Below the pieces are notes generated by a model, which did no database searches, was not told the DNA's origin, and worked only from the letters and a program-made list of their open reading frames with translations. A stretch of 59,869 bases of DNA, filler included, from Sphacelaria rigidula (Eukaryota): NCBI GenBank assembly GCA_964200075.2. It is 8 parts of 8 records of this genome, joined end to end, with 100 filler letters (N's around TTAATTAATTAA, not from the genome) between each part and the next. Parts side by side here need not be neighbours in the genome. Positions count along the whole stretch, not along the records: positions 1 to 7,397 come from CAXNAA020015103.1; positions 7,498 to 14,894 come from CAXNAA020015104.1; 6 more parts are not named here. The stretch is one strand, 5' to 3'. The translations under genes were made by a program, and so were the position numbers. Positions 1 through 11,699 of this stretch are shown here, piece by piece. The number at the start of each line of letters is the position of its first letter. Positions within the stretch are counted from its first letter, which is position 1.

Positions 1-1412
1 GTGATATCGTCATCTACACGCGTGTACACCGCATTCGTTAGGTGCACCTAACCACAGCTGCTCAGCTGCTGCGGACATTTGGGGGGGAAGATGACTTCGC
101 TCGGTCGCAAGTGTTTCGCGTCTTCCCTGCAAAAGATAAATCCCACTTCAACACCATATTTTGTATCAACTTCATTTTTTAGGATCCACGGTTACCAAGA
201 GTTTCCACCCACTGATCTGAAGCGAGTTATCTGGAGGAACAATATCATCTCAGCATCGAGCACTCACAGGCTTGAAGATGTGTACCATATTTATATAGTA
301 CATTTCATACGAGCAGGGTCGCTGTTTTTAGGTGACGCGTGTATTTTTGTCTCACCTCCCACAGATGGGGGTCACTCAAAGTGAATTGAAATATCTTCGC
401 GTTTTTTATTGACAGCTGCACAGTCGTCATGTGCTCGTTTCAACTCTGTGTACAGCCCTTTGATCTCACCCCATTTCTGTGCAGGCCGGAACACAGCATG
501 CAGCACTACAAGTGTTCACGCACTCTTCAGCAAACATCACACTGTGATCGTCGTAGAGTGTGTAGTGTGTAGATGCACAATAGCACAGCGAAGAAATGAC
601 GAGTGTGGGAAGCGCCTTGTGCGTTTGACTGGAGTGTCTAGAGACGGCTGCGTGCCGACAGCATTATCTTTCGAAGCAAACGCCATGACAGAAGTAAAGC
701 AACTCAGGCAGTCAGTCCCGCGGCGACCAAGCCGTCTTCGAAACGGTCTAAGGACTCCACAGCGCAGCGACAGCTACAGCGCAGGAGACAGCGCATAAGT
801 GTGATTGTGCTGCGGCACAGTGATACAGGACATGTCCCATGCGATAGTTCTTTCCCTGATCTCGGATGGGCTCGATTTCGGCAGAGAGGCGGTTTTCAAA
901 CGCTGGGTCAATTTATCTCACCTTGCGTTATCTCTCTGCATGCTGCTCTGCCTTGCCTGTTGCGGGATCGGATGATCAGCGGTACGGTAGCTCCCTTGCG
1001 GGATTGGATGATACACCATCGTTGTAATACAATTTGTCTGCTGTCTGCTGTGCGACATCTGTATGTCAACTAGGTTATTTACGAGTTGCCTGCTGTCGAC
1101 TGTGCGGTATCTGTGTGTACAGCAGGTGTCTGCTGTGCGGTATCTGTGTGTCAAGTAGGTTCTAAAAAAGCACAACACTGTAGGCGTGTTCAGGCTCTCA
1201 AAGGTAACACTGCAAGCACTGCAGGAAGTCTGTGTTGTGTTCAGTGTACTACGCTGTTCTCCATATAATGGGGTCACATTTTCGGCAGTTTTTGAAAAGT
1301 TCTGCTTGTTTTTTCAAAAGTTTTTCTGAAAAAAACGAGACAGTTTTCTGTCGCAGAAATCCAATGCCGAATCTGGAATGGCCTGAGGCAACAACAATTA
1401 AAAAAATGGAAA

Positions 1413-1591
1413 TGACAAATCATGGCAACACGCCTGCTCCAGCAGTATCCTACTTGGAACGTCGTTCAGTAAAATAGACTATAAATCAACCTAAAAGAGG
1501 CACTCTCCGTGAAAAAGATACGTTGAACCGCAACAGGTTGTACCTCTATCTTTTGTTGCGACGACTTTATTCAAACGCAATGAAATAGACT
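1413..1591 (+). repeat. Dispersed repeat (second copy inverted at 9577-9788)
   Basis: tgacaaatcatggcaacacgcctgctccagca...ctctccgtgaaaaagatacg...cgcaacaggttgtac is shared with the reverse complement of 9577-9788 on another contig. Confidence 0.8.
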
Positions 1592-1611
1592 CCAAAATCC
1601 AGATTATTGCA

Positions 1612-1705
1612 ACAGGGACTGGCCCGACTGGTTTTGAACAACGTCAATCCTGAGGTATTTTGAACTACGGTGTGGTCTCCCGAACACGTGTCCTCCCATG
1701 CATTA
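1612..1705 (+). mobile_element. MITE family T, 3' fragment
   Basis: acagggactggcccgactggttttgaacaacgtcaatcctgaggtattttgaactacgg matches the right half of 5970-6176. Confidence 0.7.
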
Positions 1706-4332
1706 AACTGATGTTGTGATGTCACCTCCCCCTTGACGCTGGATTGCTCAGCAGTACGAGCACAGAAAGGCGGGGTGATCTAGTACTTGCTTGTCGTCAT
1801 ACCAGGTTCCAAGCTCTTTTCCTTACTTTTTTGTCCTACTTTCGGTCAGGTCGCCCCTTCCTGTCACGCACATGCCTGGTTCGCAAAGCAAATGTCGAGG
1901 CAGCAACGTACGCGACTCACGACATGCACGTTGATGTTGTGCTTTATCTGATTCATCGTGTAGCACCATAAAACACGCACACTTCTCAGGTTCACAAAGT
2001 CTCTTTTTTGTCGAAAAATTGGTATCATGGGTCCAGCCACCACATGCTACCCGGATTCAGTTGGTTTTGGAGCGTGCAGCTGTAATCTCCATGTCCTGAA
2101 TGGTAAATTTACCCCTAAAGAGATGCTGCCAACTTGTGCGGACGGGGGGTCACTCATAATCTTTCATGCCGTACTCATCAGACCATTGACCCGTACCCCT
2201 ACAAGACCGGGATGGAGCACGCCGGTCTTTCACCGGACCAGGCTCGCGTGGGGACGGGGGGGGGGAGGCTACCGCGGAGCGTGTATTCAAGTGCTAGAAA
2301 CATATATCCTCGCCGAATAACTTCTCTCGGCACATCCCTTCGACTGCTCCACAATGTGTAACGTGATAGACTAGTTCTCCAATCAAGAAGGTTAGTCCCC
2401 AGGCATTGTCCCTAGGAATCATCAAACAAACGAGCCTTCGAGTCATGTGTGCCCCCTGTTCGAGCATGGCTCTCATTCGACTCCACTCGTGTCAATGTGG
2501 GATCAAAATTTATAGTAGAAATGTACACTCGTTAAACCGTACCCGATCACTCATTCGTAAGACTGATTTGACGGTAAGTAGCTGTAGCACCCCAAGGCTG
2601 CAAACGTAATTGAACCTCGAACTCTGATGACAATTCTTCACTTTATATTCTACTCCGCGTTTGAAGAACAGTGGCGGGTGGGTGCCCTTGAAAAGGTTTC
2701 CGTGAGATTGAGAGTAAAGGGATACGATTGAGAGTAAAAAGCGGTCCATCAGTGAATGATCCGTCTCAGTTCCAAAATGTCCTTGCACGAGGTCCAATCT
2801 TTCTGTCGTAGCTTACCACCGAGGCCTTCGGGATCCCTGCGGAGGATACCGGCGTGTGGTTGTAAGCACACGCCAGTGATGGAGGCGAAAGCCAACACAC
2901 ACGGAACGAAACAAATGGCCAATTTAAAGCAGATGATCGAAGCCACTCTTAAATCGGCACTCTGCTCTCAATCTCACAAAAGCGTTGCTACTTGTGTTCC
3001 GTCTCTCCCAGTTCAACCGCTCCATCGTACACGATCATGGTCAAAGTCCATGAGCGCCATCAGCTTCCAAGATACAACGGTCAGTCAACTGTCATTCGTG
3101 TTAGGTCCGTGCCAACATAAACCCATATTCCTCACGTTCCGGCTATTCAGCCAGAAGTCCGTCTATTCTACGTCACCCAACATATATCGCAAGGAGCGAT
3201 TGAATCAGCAATAACCTGTTTAAACATCAGATATACACATCCATATCCGCTCGGATATATTCTCTTTTCCCACCCGCGAATCCTATACATCTGCATCTTT
3301 TTGATCCAAAATGGATCATGGCGAAAATATACATAACTCAGCGCTCCGCAACCATATCTGTGATGTGGCTCAAAAGGGCCAAGACAGAACGTAACACAAA
3401 GTGTCTCCTCGACGCGGAGTAGTGAACGAGGGCAAGGAGAGTGACAAAAGTAAAGGACCGAGATAGACCAATCCAACTGCGATCACCGAGATAGAAGTGG
3501 TTCAGCTGGCTCCTGGCGCGCCCGTCTTGCCAGCTCTGACACCAGATAAACTGCAACTTACGCGATCTACTTCGCGACAGTATCTTGCTGTGACGGATAA
3601 TAATGACACCTTGTCTGCCTCAAAAATACCCCGTGTAGTAATTCGCCGCAAAAGAAAATTCCATGCAGTCAAAAATATATATTCAATGAAGCGGTCACAT
3701 CATCGTTTTAAAGTTGTACCGCAATTTGCAATGAACTCGACATTCAAATACGAAATCAGTCGCACCCGTCAGTTTATTCACGTCCTTGTCCTCGTTTTCT
3801 CATTTGTGAATTGACCTTCGCCCGCCTACTACAAATGCGATATTTTTGGCATTGTGAGCTCGTCGACGATGAATAATCCTTGTTACCAAACTTTGCAAAA
3901 CCTTTAAACCTACGGATATAGCAAGTATACCGAAAGGCGTCAGCAGCCTCTGAACGAAAAATAACATCGAAGAAAAACGCTGCGTGCACACTTCACGCAC
4001 TCGAGCACTCATAGTTTCATGGAAGACACTCTTACGGACGGCTGCCGACGGCGAGTGGTTCGCTGACCGCACCGTGCGGCGTTTATGCCCGTACTTCTGT
4101 GTTCACGGAGAGACGGTACTCTTCGGTCTCCACACGGAGCGACGGCTCCTCCATCTCCCATGCCCCTTACATTCGACGATGGCTCCTATCTTGGACGGTG
4201 TAGTGGTTCCTGTTGGTCAGGGAAGAGATCAGGTGCGAAGGGAGTGAGTTGTGCATGGTGCACGGTATGTCCGGGGGGTTAAGGAGGCCGTCTCCAACAA
4301 CACATACATGATCTACGTCAATTCAACACGAT

Positions 4333-4512
4333 TGTAATGCGTGAGAGGACCGCGTGCTTAGAGGACCGCATCGGGATTTCAACACCTCTATGGTTAGGGT
4401 TAGGGGCAGGGGCAGGGGCGTGGTACCTGCAGGGACTGACTCGATTGGTTTCAAAAAACGACGATCCTGAGGTATTTTGAACTACGGCGCGCTTCTCTGA
4501 GCACGCGGCACA
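4333..4512 (+). mobile_element. MITE family T (TGTAAT..ATTACA TIR, telomere-like core), copy with shortened right TIR
   Basis: Starts tgtaatgcgtgagaggaccgcgtgct, core ggttagggttagggg, ends ..gcacgcggcaca; flanked by a 5-bp direct repeat ACGAT (4328-4332 / 4513-4517). Confidence 0.85.
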
Positions 4513-4734
4513 ACGATGTCACATTGGCTGCGATGATTTGCATTCAATTGTCGACAGCTGCCTGAGCGACCGCACTGAAAGCAGAGACTTTTGGTCGATG
4601 GGAAATATCGTCCCCGCACCATCTCTAGCTCGCAGCTTTGCGGTGGTCCTCGCATATGATTCTTACGAAGTTCATCGCACGCCACTCGACAGCATGTGGT
4701 CCTTAGCAATACACATGATCACAACAAGCTGTCC

Positions 4735-4931
4735 TCAACACGACCAGAGTTGATACTCACAGTCATCGCCCCTCCTGCCGCCCCTCCTGTTCTTGCCCCC
4801 CCTGCTCCTCTTCCTCCTGCGGCGCTTCTTTTCGCAGCAGTCGCGCTTGTCGCATTCGCCGTCGCACGTGAAGTTGTCGTCGAGAGACCTCCAACCCTTG
4901 GGGCACCAGAAGTCGCGGCACTTCTCGTCCT
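4735..4931 (-). CDS. Cys-rich modular protein, terminal coding exon (third six-Cys module plus basic tail)
   Basis: gtcag|AG GAC GAG (phase 1, matches upstream exon); EDEKCRDFWCPKGWRSLDDNFTCDGECDKRDCCEKKRRRRKRSRGGKNRRGGRRGDDCEYQLWSC*. Confidence 0.8.
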
Positions 4932-5105
4932 CTGACATGTGCAGGCAGGCGGATATCAAGCACGCAAACGCTGTGATTTCTCGAAGCACGCAGCATCAGC
5001 GCGGTCTTTTTAATATGAGGATAATTTGCGGCTCACATATCGAACGCGGTTACGTCCACGTCCGTGGACAACACGAAAGCCATCCATACCGATGTGCCTC
5101 CTTAC

Positions 5106-5210
5106 CTTTTTCGCAGCATTCACGCCTGTCACACTTGCCGCTGCACTCCTTCTCGCCGAGGTTCATGTAGCCCTTGGGGCAGGTGAAGTCCTCCTTGCAC
5201 GTCTCTTTCT
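5106..5210 (-). CDS. Cys-rich modular protein, repeat exon (105 nt, phase 1-1)
   Basis: ctgcag|AG AAA GAG...GAA AAA G|gtaagg; encodes (E)KETCKEDFTCPKGYMNLGEKECSGKCDRRECCEK. Confidence 0.85.
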
Positions 5211-5969
5211 CTGCAGGGACAAAGGGCAGCACACGTGGTCGGCTAAGCACTTGAGTCTTGCGGTCAGATGCTGTCCCGTTGTGTTCACGACCGAGGGTGC
5301 CTGTCTACTGGGTACATGACACTATACCTCCCCAAGCAGGGTTGGGTCTAGGGCCCGGTTGGAGTTGACGGACCTCGTGCGCCCTCTACGAAGGCGCTTT
5401 TTTACCCAGTGCGCATGTATGTGTCGACTTTGCACGATATTCAGGCTGAGGACACACTAAATTCAAGTGACTTCAATAATAGGTCCCACTGGGACTGGGA
5501 CTGAGCAAATACTGTACACCTCCCACACCAAAGTCGACAGCAAATTTACCTGTATACTCAAGCTAAATGGCATGGTCTTCCCGGTGTAAACCGTCAACTG
5601 CAGCGCCCGGAAAAGTACATGTTTGCACTGGAAGCAAGTGATTTGCTCAAGGAAAACCGACAAGGACATTTGAGTCCTCCTGACCACCCCTGCGCGGAGT
5701 TGAGCGGCCGAGGTCGTCTAGACGTAACGTCTACTACCCGACGTTTTGCTTCGCTTCTCGTGATTTTATGCGATAAACGACAGCAGCAGCAGATGAAGAT
5801 AGAGCAAGCTGAAACATTCGCTAGAAAAATGAGGTTGCTGAAGGGTTGAAGTCAAGTGTTAGTCGGAACTAGATCGGATTCCGATCAGAGTATGTTTGAC
5901 TTGCAAATGATGGCCCACACGCAATCGAACAAGTCGTTGGCCGCCCGTGCTGGCGTCAAGCGATGAGTG

Positions 5970-6176
5970 TGTAATGCGTGAGAGGACCGCGTGCTTCGAG
6001 AACCGCATCGGATTTGAACATCCCTATGGCTAGGGTGAGGGTTAGTGTCGGGGTTGTGGTCAGGGGTGTAGTAGTACCTACAGGGACTGGCCCGATTGGT
6101 TTTGAAAAACGTCGATCCTGAGGTGTTTTGAACTACGGCGCGGTCCTCTCAGCACGCGTTCCTCTCACGCATTACA
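5970..6176 (+). mobile_element. MITE family T, full-length copy
   Basis: TIRs tgtaatgcgtgagaggaccgcgtgct / agcacgcgttcctctcacgcattaca; flanks GAGTG/AAGTG (4 of 5 match). Confidence 0.88.
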
Positions 6177-6645
6177 AAGTGTACCTGCACACTATACCGT
6201 AGTGCATGCGGTCTTTGTAGCCTAAGCTCAAGTAGTTGTCGCTTTAGTGTGGGTTCAGGATCACCCACTGTGACGAAGTGATGAAGAGGGGCTTCGCTTG
6301 ATCCAACTAACTGGTTGGCCCATTATTGTGAAGTCAGGTTGTGCTCCAAGGTTCTAGGCTGGACAACTAGACGGTAGCGTTCCTGGGCGCATTAAGAGTT
6401 TCATTTTTGCTTCTGAGCTGTTTCCAGCAAGATTGCATGTACAGCACGGTTCTACTGAAAGGAGACATTGAACACCTTCCTAAGCAACAACACCACGGGG
6501 AAAGCTGAATCAAACCAACTGGCCATCGAACAGGTGTGGAATGAACCAAGTCGCGGCATCCCCGGGTGTGGGTATTGTGCTTCATTGTGCGACGGCTGCA
6601 GAAGAGAGATCGATCGCTTGCTATACAGTCTTTTCAACAAGTGCC

Positions 6646-6855
6646 TGTAATGCGTGGCAAGACCGCGTGCTTAGGGTACCGCATCGGGATTCGAAGATCC
6701 CCATGTAAGGTTTAGCGTTAGGGTTAGTCTTGGGGTTAGGGTCAGGGATGTGGTCCCTGAAGGGATTGGCGCGATTGGGTTTGGAAAGCATTGATCCCCA
6801 GGCTTTTTTCATCACGATGCGATCCTCTGAGCACGCGGTCATCCAACGCATTACA
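6646..6855 (+). mobile_element. MITE family T, diverged copy
   Basis: tgtaatgcgtggcaagaccgcgtgct ... gagcacgcggtcatccaacgcattaca with degenerate ttaggg core; TSD not clean. Confidence 0.8.
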
Positions 6856-7026
6856 AGTGGCGCCTGCTGCCATCACCAAGCAATGAAAAAGCAGAAGATA
6901 CGCCGTGGGGTTGATACCGAGTCATGTCAATTGCAAAACATGCTCTCTGTCAACGTCCTACTCGCTCTCCTACGCCGCATCTACTATGATGGACGACGGG
7001 AGCCCATGCTGAAGCGAGACTCTTAC

Positions 7027-7131
7027 CTCTCTCGCAGCATTCGCGCCTGTCGCACTTGCCGCTACACTCCTTATCGCCGAGGTTCAGGTAGCCCTTGGGG
7101 CAGGTGAAGTCCTCCTTGCACGTCTCTTTCT
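7027..7131 (-). CDS. Cys-rich modular protein, repeat exon (105 nt, phase 1-1)
   Basis: ttgcag|AG AAA GAG...GAG AGA G|gtaaga; encodes (E)KETCKEDFTCPKGYLNLGDKECSGKCDRRECCER; 98/105 nt identical to exon 5106-5210. Confidence 0.85.
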
Positions 7132-7150
7132 CTGCAATGGCGAACAATAT

Positions 7151-7373
7151 TGTAATACGTGAGAGGACCGCGTGCTTAGAGGACCGCGCCGTAGTTCAAA
7201 TCACCTCTTCATCGACGTTTTTCAAATCCAATCGGGCCAGTCCCTGGAGGAACCACGCCCCTGACCCCAACCCCAACACTAACCCTAACCCTAACCCTAA
7301 CCCTAACCCTAACCATAGGGATGTTCAAATTCCGATGCGGTCCTCCAAGCACGCGGTCCTCTCACGCATTACA
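7151..7373 (-). mobile_element. MITE family T, full-length copy with (CCCTAA)n core
   Basis: TIRs ~35 bp; core ctaaccctaaccctaaccctaaccctaaccctaacc; perfect 5-bp TSD AATAT (7146-7150 / 7374-7378). Confidence 0.9.
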
Positions 7374-7397
7374 AATATACTCAGTCAGGTCAAGCCT

Positions 7398-7497
7398 NNN
7401 NNNNNNNNNNNNNNNNNNNNNNNNNNNNNNNNNNNNNNNNNTTAATTAATTAANNNNNNNNNNNNNNNNNNNNNNNNNNNNNNNNNNNNNNNNNNNN
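7398..7497. other. Artificial contig spacer (N44-TTAATTAATTAA-N44)
   Basis: 100-bp N run with a six-frame stop linker; identical spacers at 14895-14994, 22392-22491, 29888-29987, 37384-37483, 44880-44979, 52375-52474. Confidence 0.98.
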
Positions 7498-7498
7498 C

Positions 7499-7593
<95 letters not shown>

Positions 7594-7594
7594 C
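7498..7594 (+). repeat. (CAA)n microsatellite at contig start
   Basis: About 32 perfect CAA units. Confidence 0.97.
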
Positions 7595-8224
7595 GTGAGC
7601 CCCACCGCGCGCGACTTCGGAGCTTGCCGGAGCGTGGTTCGGGGGGACATGGATTTCAGTAGCGATCAACATCCAGGCTGTAATCGGGAGGGCGTAATAA
7701 CAGATGTGGGCGGCAGCACGACGGGGCCGCAGGAGAGGGCGGCGGAGTCAGGGAGAGGGTCGGGTAGGGGGATGGTGATATCGAGAAACGCGTTGAGCCG
7801 GGAATTCGGCTCAGCGGTTGCCGCGGGGGCGTGGGGGAGCTCTGCCGAAGTACCGTTCCAAAAGCAACAGCAGCAGCCGCGGCAGCAGGCGAGTAGGGCC
7901 GCTGCTACCACTGGTGGTGCTTCACGTGCGGTGAAAGGACAAGCGCCGGTGTTATTAGCCTCCCACCTCACGCCGTTCCCCACTATCACCAAGAATCGCA
8001 GTTTGCATGCTGTGGCGCAGCCGATCGTAGGACACAGTGATGGCTTCGCCGACGCGTGCAGCAGGGAGAGCGGTGGGGGACGTTTGGGGATGGAAGCGTG
8101 GAGGGCGGCGACGGTGGCCAGGCACGATGAGCTCGTGGCGCCGGCGGAGAGGGAGTCGATTTTGCGGCAGATCAAGGCCGGATGTGATGCGCTGCAGGGC
8201 CGCAGGGTACCCGCTTTGGCGTGA
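7498..8224 (+). CDS. Probable terminal exon of an unknown protein (poly-Asn, then G/S/Q-rich region, then ordered C-terminus)
   Basis: Open frame from the microsatellite to TGA at 8222-8224; GC-rich codons; C-terminus HDELVAPAERESILRQIKAGCDALQ looks helical; no family recognised. Confidence 0.5.
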
Positions 8225-11200
8225 CGGAATATGTACGGCTTTTGTTTTGCATACTGAGGAAATATACAGTAGTATGTTGACAGTGTGAAGATGATTGCAC
8301 TGACAAGCATGAAAACCAGTGTCGCTCTGGTGATTTGCTCGTATTCCTGTTTAGCCGTGTAAGTTGGACAGGAGGAACGACTGACCGTTGACTATACAGC
8401 GGAATATGAGATTGTAGAGGTTGAACTATTAGATCTACGGATGATGGGCACGGGCGTCGTGCGCTGTATAAGAGATGCGTAGTGCCCACGAGTCAGGATT
8501 CGATCGTGGATGAGGTTGCCGTTTCCCTTCTTGTTTTCTCCTGCTCGTCCTTGTCTTCAGCGGCATCATGTGTCGTTGCGTTGTTTGTGTTGCCCTGCTT
8601 TCCCCCCTGACGGCCAATGGAGCCGATGATGCCATATACTGCATTGATAACCAAATAGATGTGCATGGTAACGGGACTGACTACGGAAAATCATGGCGAT
8701 ATCGAGTGCACCAGCTGTTTTGAGTCTGCTGGCTTGCTATATGCAGAGCAGCACTGTCTACTCTAGGCGTTGTGTTTTCCACCCCTGTCCTCATTTTGCA
8801 ACGGAGGATTGATTCTCCGATTGACAAAAAATGGTCACCTGTTGCGTCAACTTTTGTTGCGCAGCGGCCACGTTCCTGATGTTACGGAGATTCACAATTA
8901 CTCCTCCTTCCCTCGTTTCAGTTTTCCCCATTATACCCTTCAGTGCTTCGTATCAAACGTTTCCGTTGTTTTCTATACACCTGTGGATTCGTTTATCTCG
9001 TGACCAATACTAGATCTGTTGTGGGCGAGTTCATAATAGCAAAGCAATCAGCACATCGATCAAACTCACACCCAACCAATTCGTCTGTGCCGTGTAATCA
9101 GCGGCCTACTGTTGAACCTCTGAGCGCCCGCAGATGGACATCTGCGTCTGAAAATAGTTCCACGTGATAATGATGACACTTGACACACGAACATCCAGTT
9201 GGCGGTCAAGGGGTAAGCCTAAACTAGGAGACCGAGGCTCACTGCTTTCTTTAGTCAGAGGGATAATGCATGTTTGGCCTTAAAAATACGACTGGATTCC
9301 GTTCGTTCGACACGAACTCCTGTCTTCGAGATGTGCCGGCAATATTTGTCTATTTCACTTAGTTTACCGCTGTGAAGAGCGTGAGAAAGTGAAATGAGAC
9401 AATATTTTCGACAGGATGCCGAGGGTGCTGATACATTGCTCGTCAATAATCTCACAGCAGGAAACTGAGGAGAGATAAGTCGACTACTCAAGACTGCGGA
9501 CTCGTCCCGAAGAGAGGGGTGGTTGGAACAATGAGAAGAAAATGATGATGTTGAAAAATTCTAGACGATACAGGACAGTCTATATTTATTGTGTTTGAAT
9601 GAAGTCGTTGCAACAAGAGATAGCGGTACAACCTGTTGCGGTTCAACGAAATTACGAACCATGTAATACCGTTTCATTCGTATCTTTTTCACGGAGAGTA
9701 CCTCTTTTGTGTTGATTAATAGTCTACTGGTTTGAATGAGATTTCAAGTAGGATATTGCTGGAGTAGGCGTGTTGCCATGATTTGTCAATGAGAGATACT
9801 CTAGCAGAGTACTTAGGCTGCGTAAGCTGTAAGATATCTTGTGTGTCGTGGTCTGATCACAAGGTGAAACCGGTGTCACTCTCAAAGAACATACCAGGCA
9901 AGGGGTAGCACGAAGCTGGCGGCTGGCTACACTGAACGATTGCAGTCGAGAGAAAGCACCCTTGAACTCGTGAGTAACAGACCCTCGAGTCCGACCAGCT
10001 CTGCATCGTAAGGCCAAGCAGGGCTTCACTTTCGTGTGCAGAGAAGTGCTCTTGACTTGCTCGCAAGCGAGATATCTCCAAGTAGTGGCTGATAGCTTTG
10101 TCATTAGGTTTGGCTACTGGTTAGCTACAACTGAAGTTGCTGGGTGATGGAAGTTGTGAGGGGCGAGGGGCTCCGGTGAAGGACGCCCAATTGGAATACT
10201 ACACCAACATGCGAATGGAATTAGACCTACTGCACTTGCCATGCGCGTACTTCGAAACGCCTACTACATATACAGTCGATATTCGCCGTAACATCCCCCT
10301 CCCTTGCTTTGTGCACGCTGCTAATGGAAGGTAAGGAAAGTCCCAGCTTAATGCACTCCGGGGGAATTCCCTCTACTCTGTATGCCATCAGCCTAAGATG
10401 ACGTTAACGACGAGAAAACGTAGAATTTCGGGGCTAAGACTAACCGCGGGAAATACTCGTCATGAAATCGGAAGGATGGGTAAACCTGGTTTTGAGGAAA
10501 AAGCCTCATCGCTTGGGGGGAAAATCTCTCACGCTCTTTCGGATCATAGCGAGTGCTTTCGCATGTGCTATGTCGTCCCGGGATCCCAGTTACACTGGGA
10601 ACAGAAATCACGGAGAATAGCCGATGAGTATTTTCCGATGGTAACGGCGCTTAGACACCCTTGATTGATTTACACCAATCCCGGGTAGTGTGGGACTCGC
10701 AAAAAGAGCTGACCCACTAAAAAAAAACCAAGAAAGCGCTTACTGGTTGATGGGAGTGCGTAGGCTTTTCTCTCACCGACCAGCAGCAACTGACCTACTA
10801 GACACCGGGTGACTCCTATATCTTAGATCAACAGTTCTGCCATGGTACAGTGTCCAAGCAGGTACTCGGTGCCCACCCTTTTTGAACAATGCTTACTCCA
10901 CGATGTGAATTGCTCTACTAGAAAGGGGCGGGGCACCCTAAAATCGGATCAACGTTCTCCGAGGACGAAGAAACGTGATGAACGAACCGGGTACGTAACA
11001 CAAAGGGTGGGATCAGGTCTGACAAAACCAAGAAATCAATCATCTCCATGGAATGCAAGACCCGGAAAAAAACAAAGAGCGGGGTAAGATCAACTCCGCG
11101 AAAAGGTGGAAAGGAAAAGAGAAACCGAAAGATAGTGCTGGAGGAACGAGTCAGGCCCACAACAAAAAGAGAAGGGAGAAAGAAAACGGAAACATGAAGG

Positions 11201-11699
11201 AAAACTAAAAAGGACATACCACGTCCATAATACGAAAAGAATAAATCATGAAACATGAAAACAGTAAAAAATATAGAAAAAGAACTGACGAGAGAAAAAG
11301 GATCAAATCCTACGAAATCAAGAGAAGAAACCAAAACGGGAGTAGGGAGAAAGGACAAATGGAATCCAGACTAGAAATGACCGGACAGAGAAAAAAGGAT
11401 GAGGGCCTAAGTAGGAAATTCTGATCCGAAAAAAAACGAGGCAAACAAATCGAGTAGGTGCCCCCCTCCCCAAAAATCAAGATCAAACGTTATAAGGTGA
11501 GAAATAAAGCCGGGAACGACACAAGGTATATAACCGAGCTCATGATCAACGGGAAAACACGAGTAAAAACAGACCCGAAGAGAGTAAGAAAATAAATAAG
11601 TACTGAACAGCTGTTCCAATGAAAAGAAAGAAACAGTACCGAACTACGGCTCATTACTATATAAAAGAATAAAATACAAATTGAAAACGCTGCTTGCTC

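Noticed and set aside
1040..1150. Short repeats ctgctgtgcggtatctgtgtgt as a CRISPR-like array
   Set aside because: Degenerate minisatellite without unique spacers, in eukaryotic DNA with no cas genes
2600..3300. Possible hAT transposase relic on the minus strand
   Set aside because: Only faint motif echoes with many stops; not supportable
7278..7314. True telomere or chromosome end
   Set aside because: The tract is short and enclosed by MITE TIRs and a TSD
7442..7453. TTAATTAATTAA recurring every ~7.5 kb as a biological periodic motif
   Set aside because: Always centred in N runs; it is an artificial six-frame stop linker
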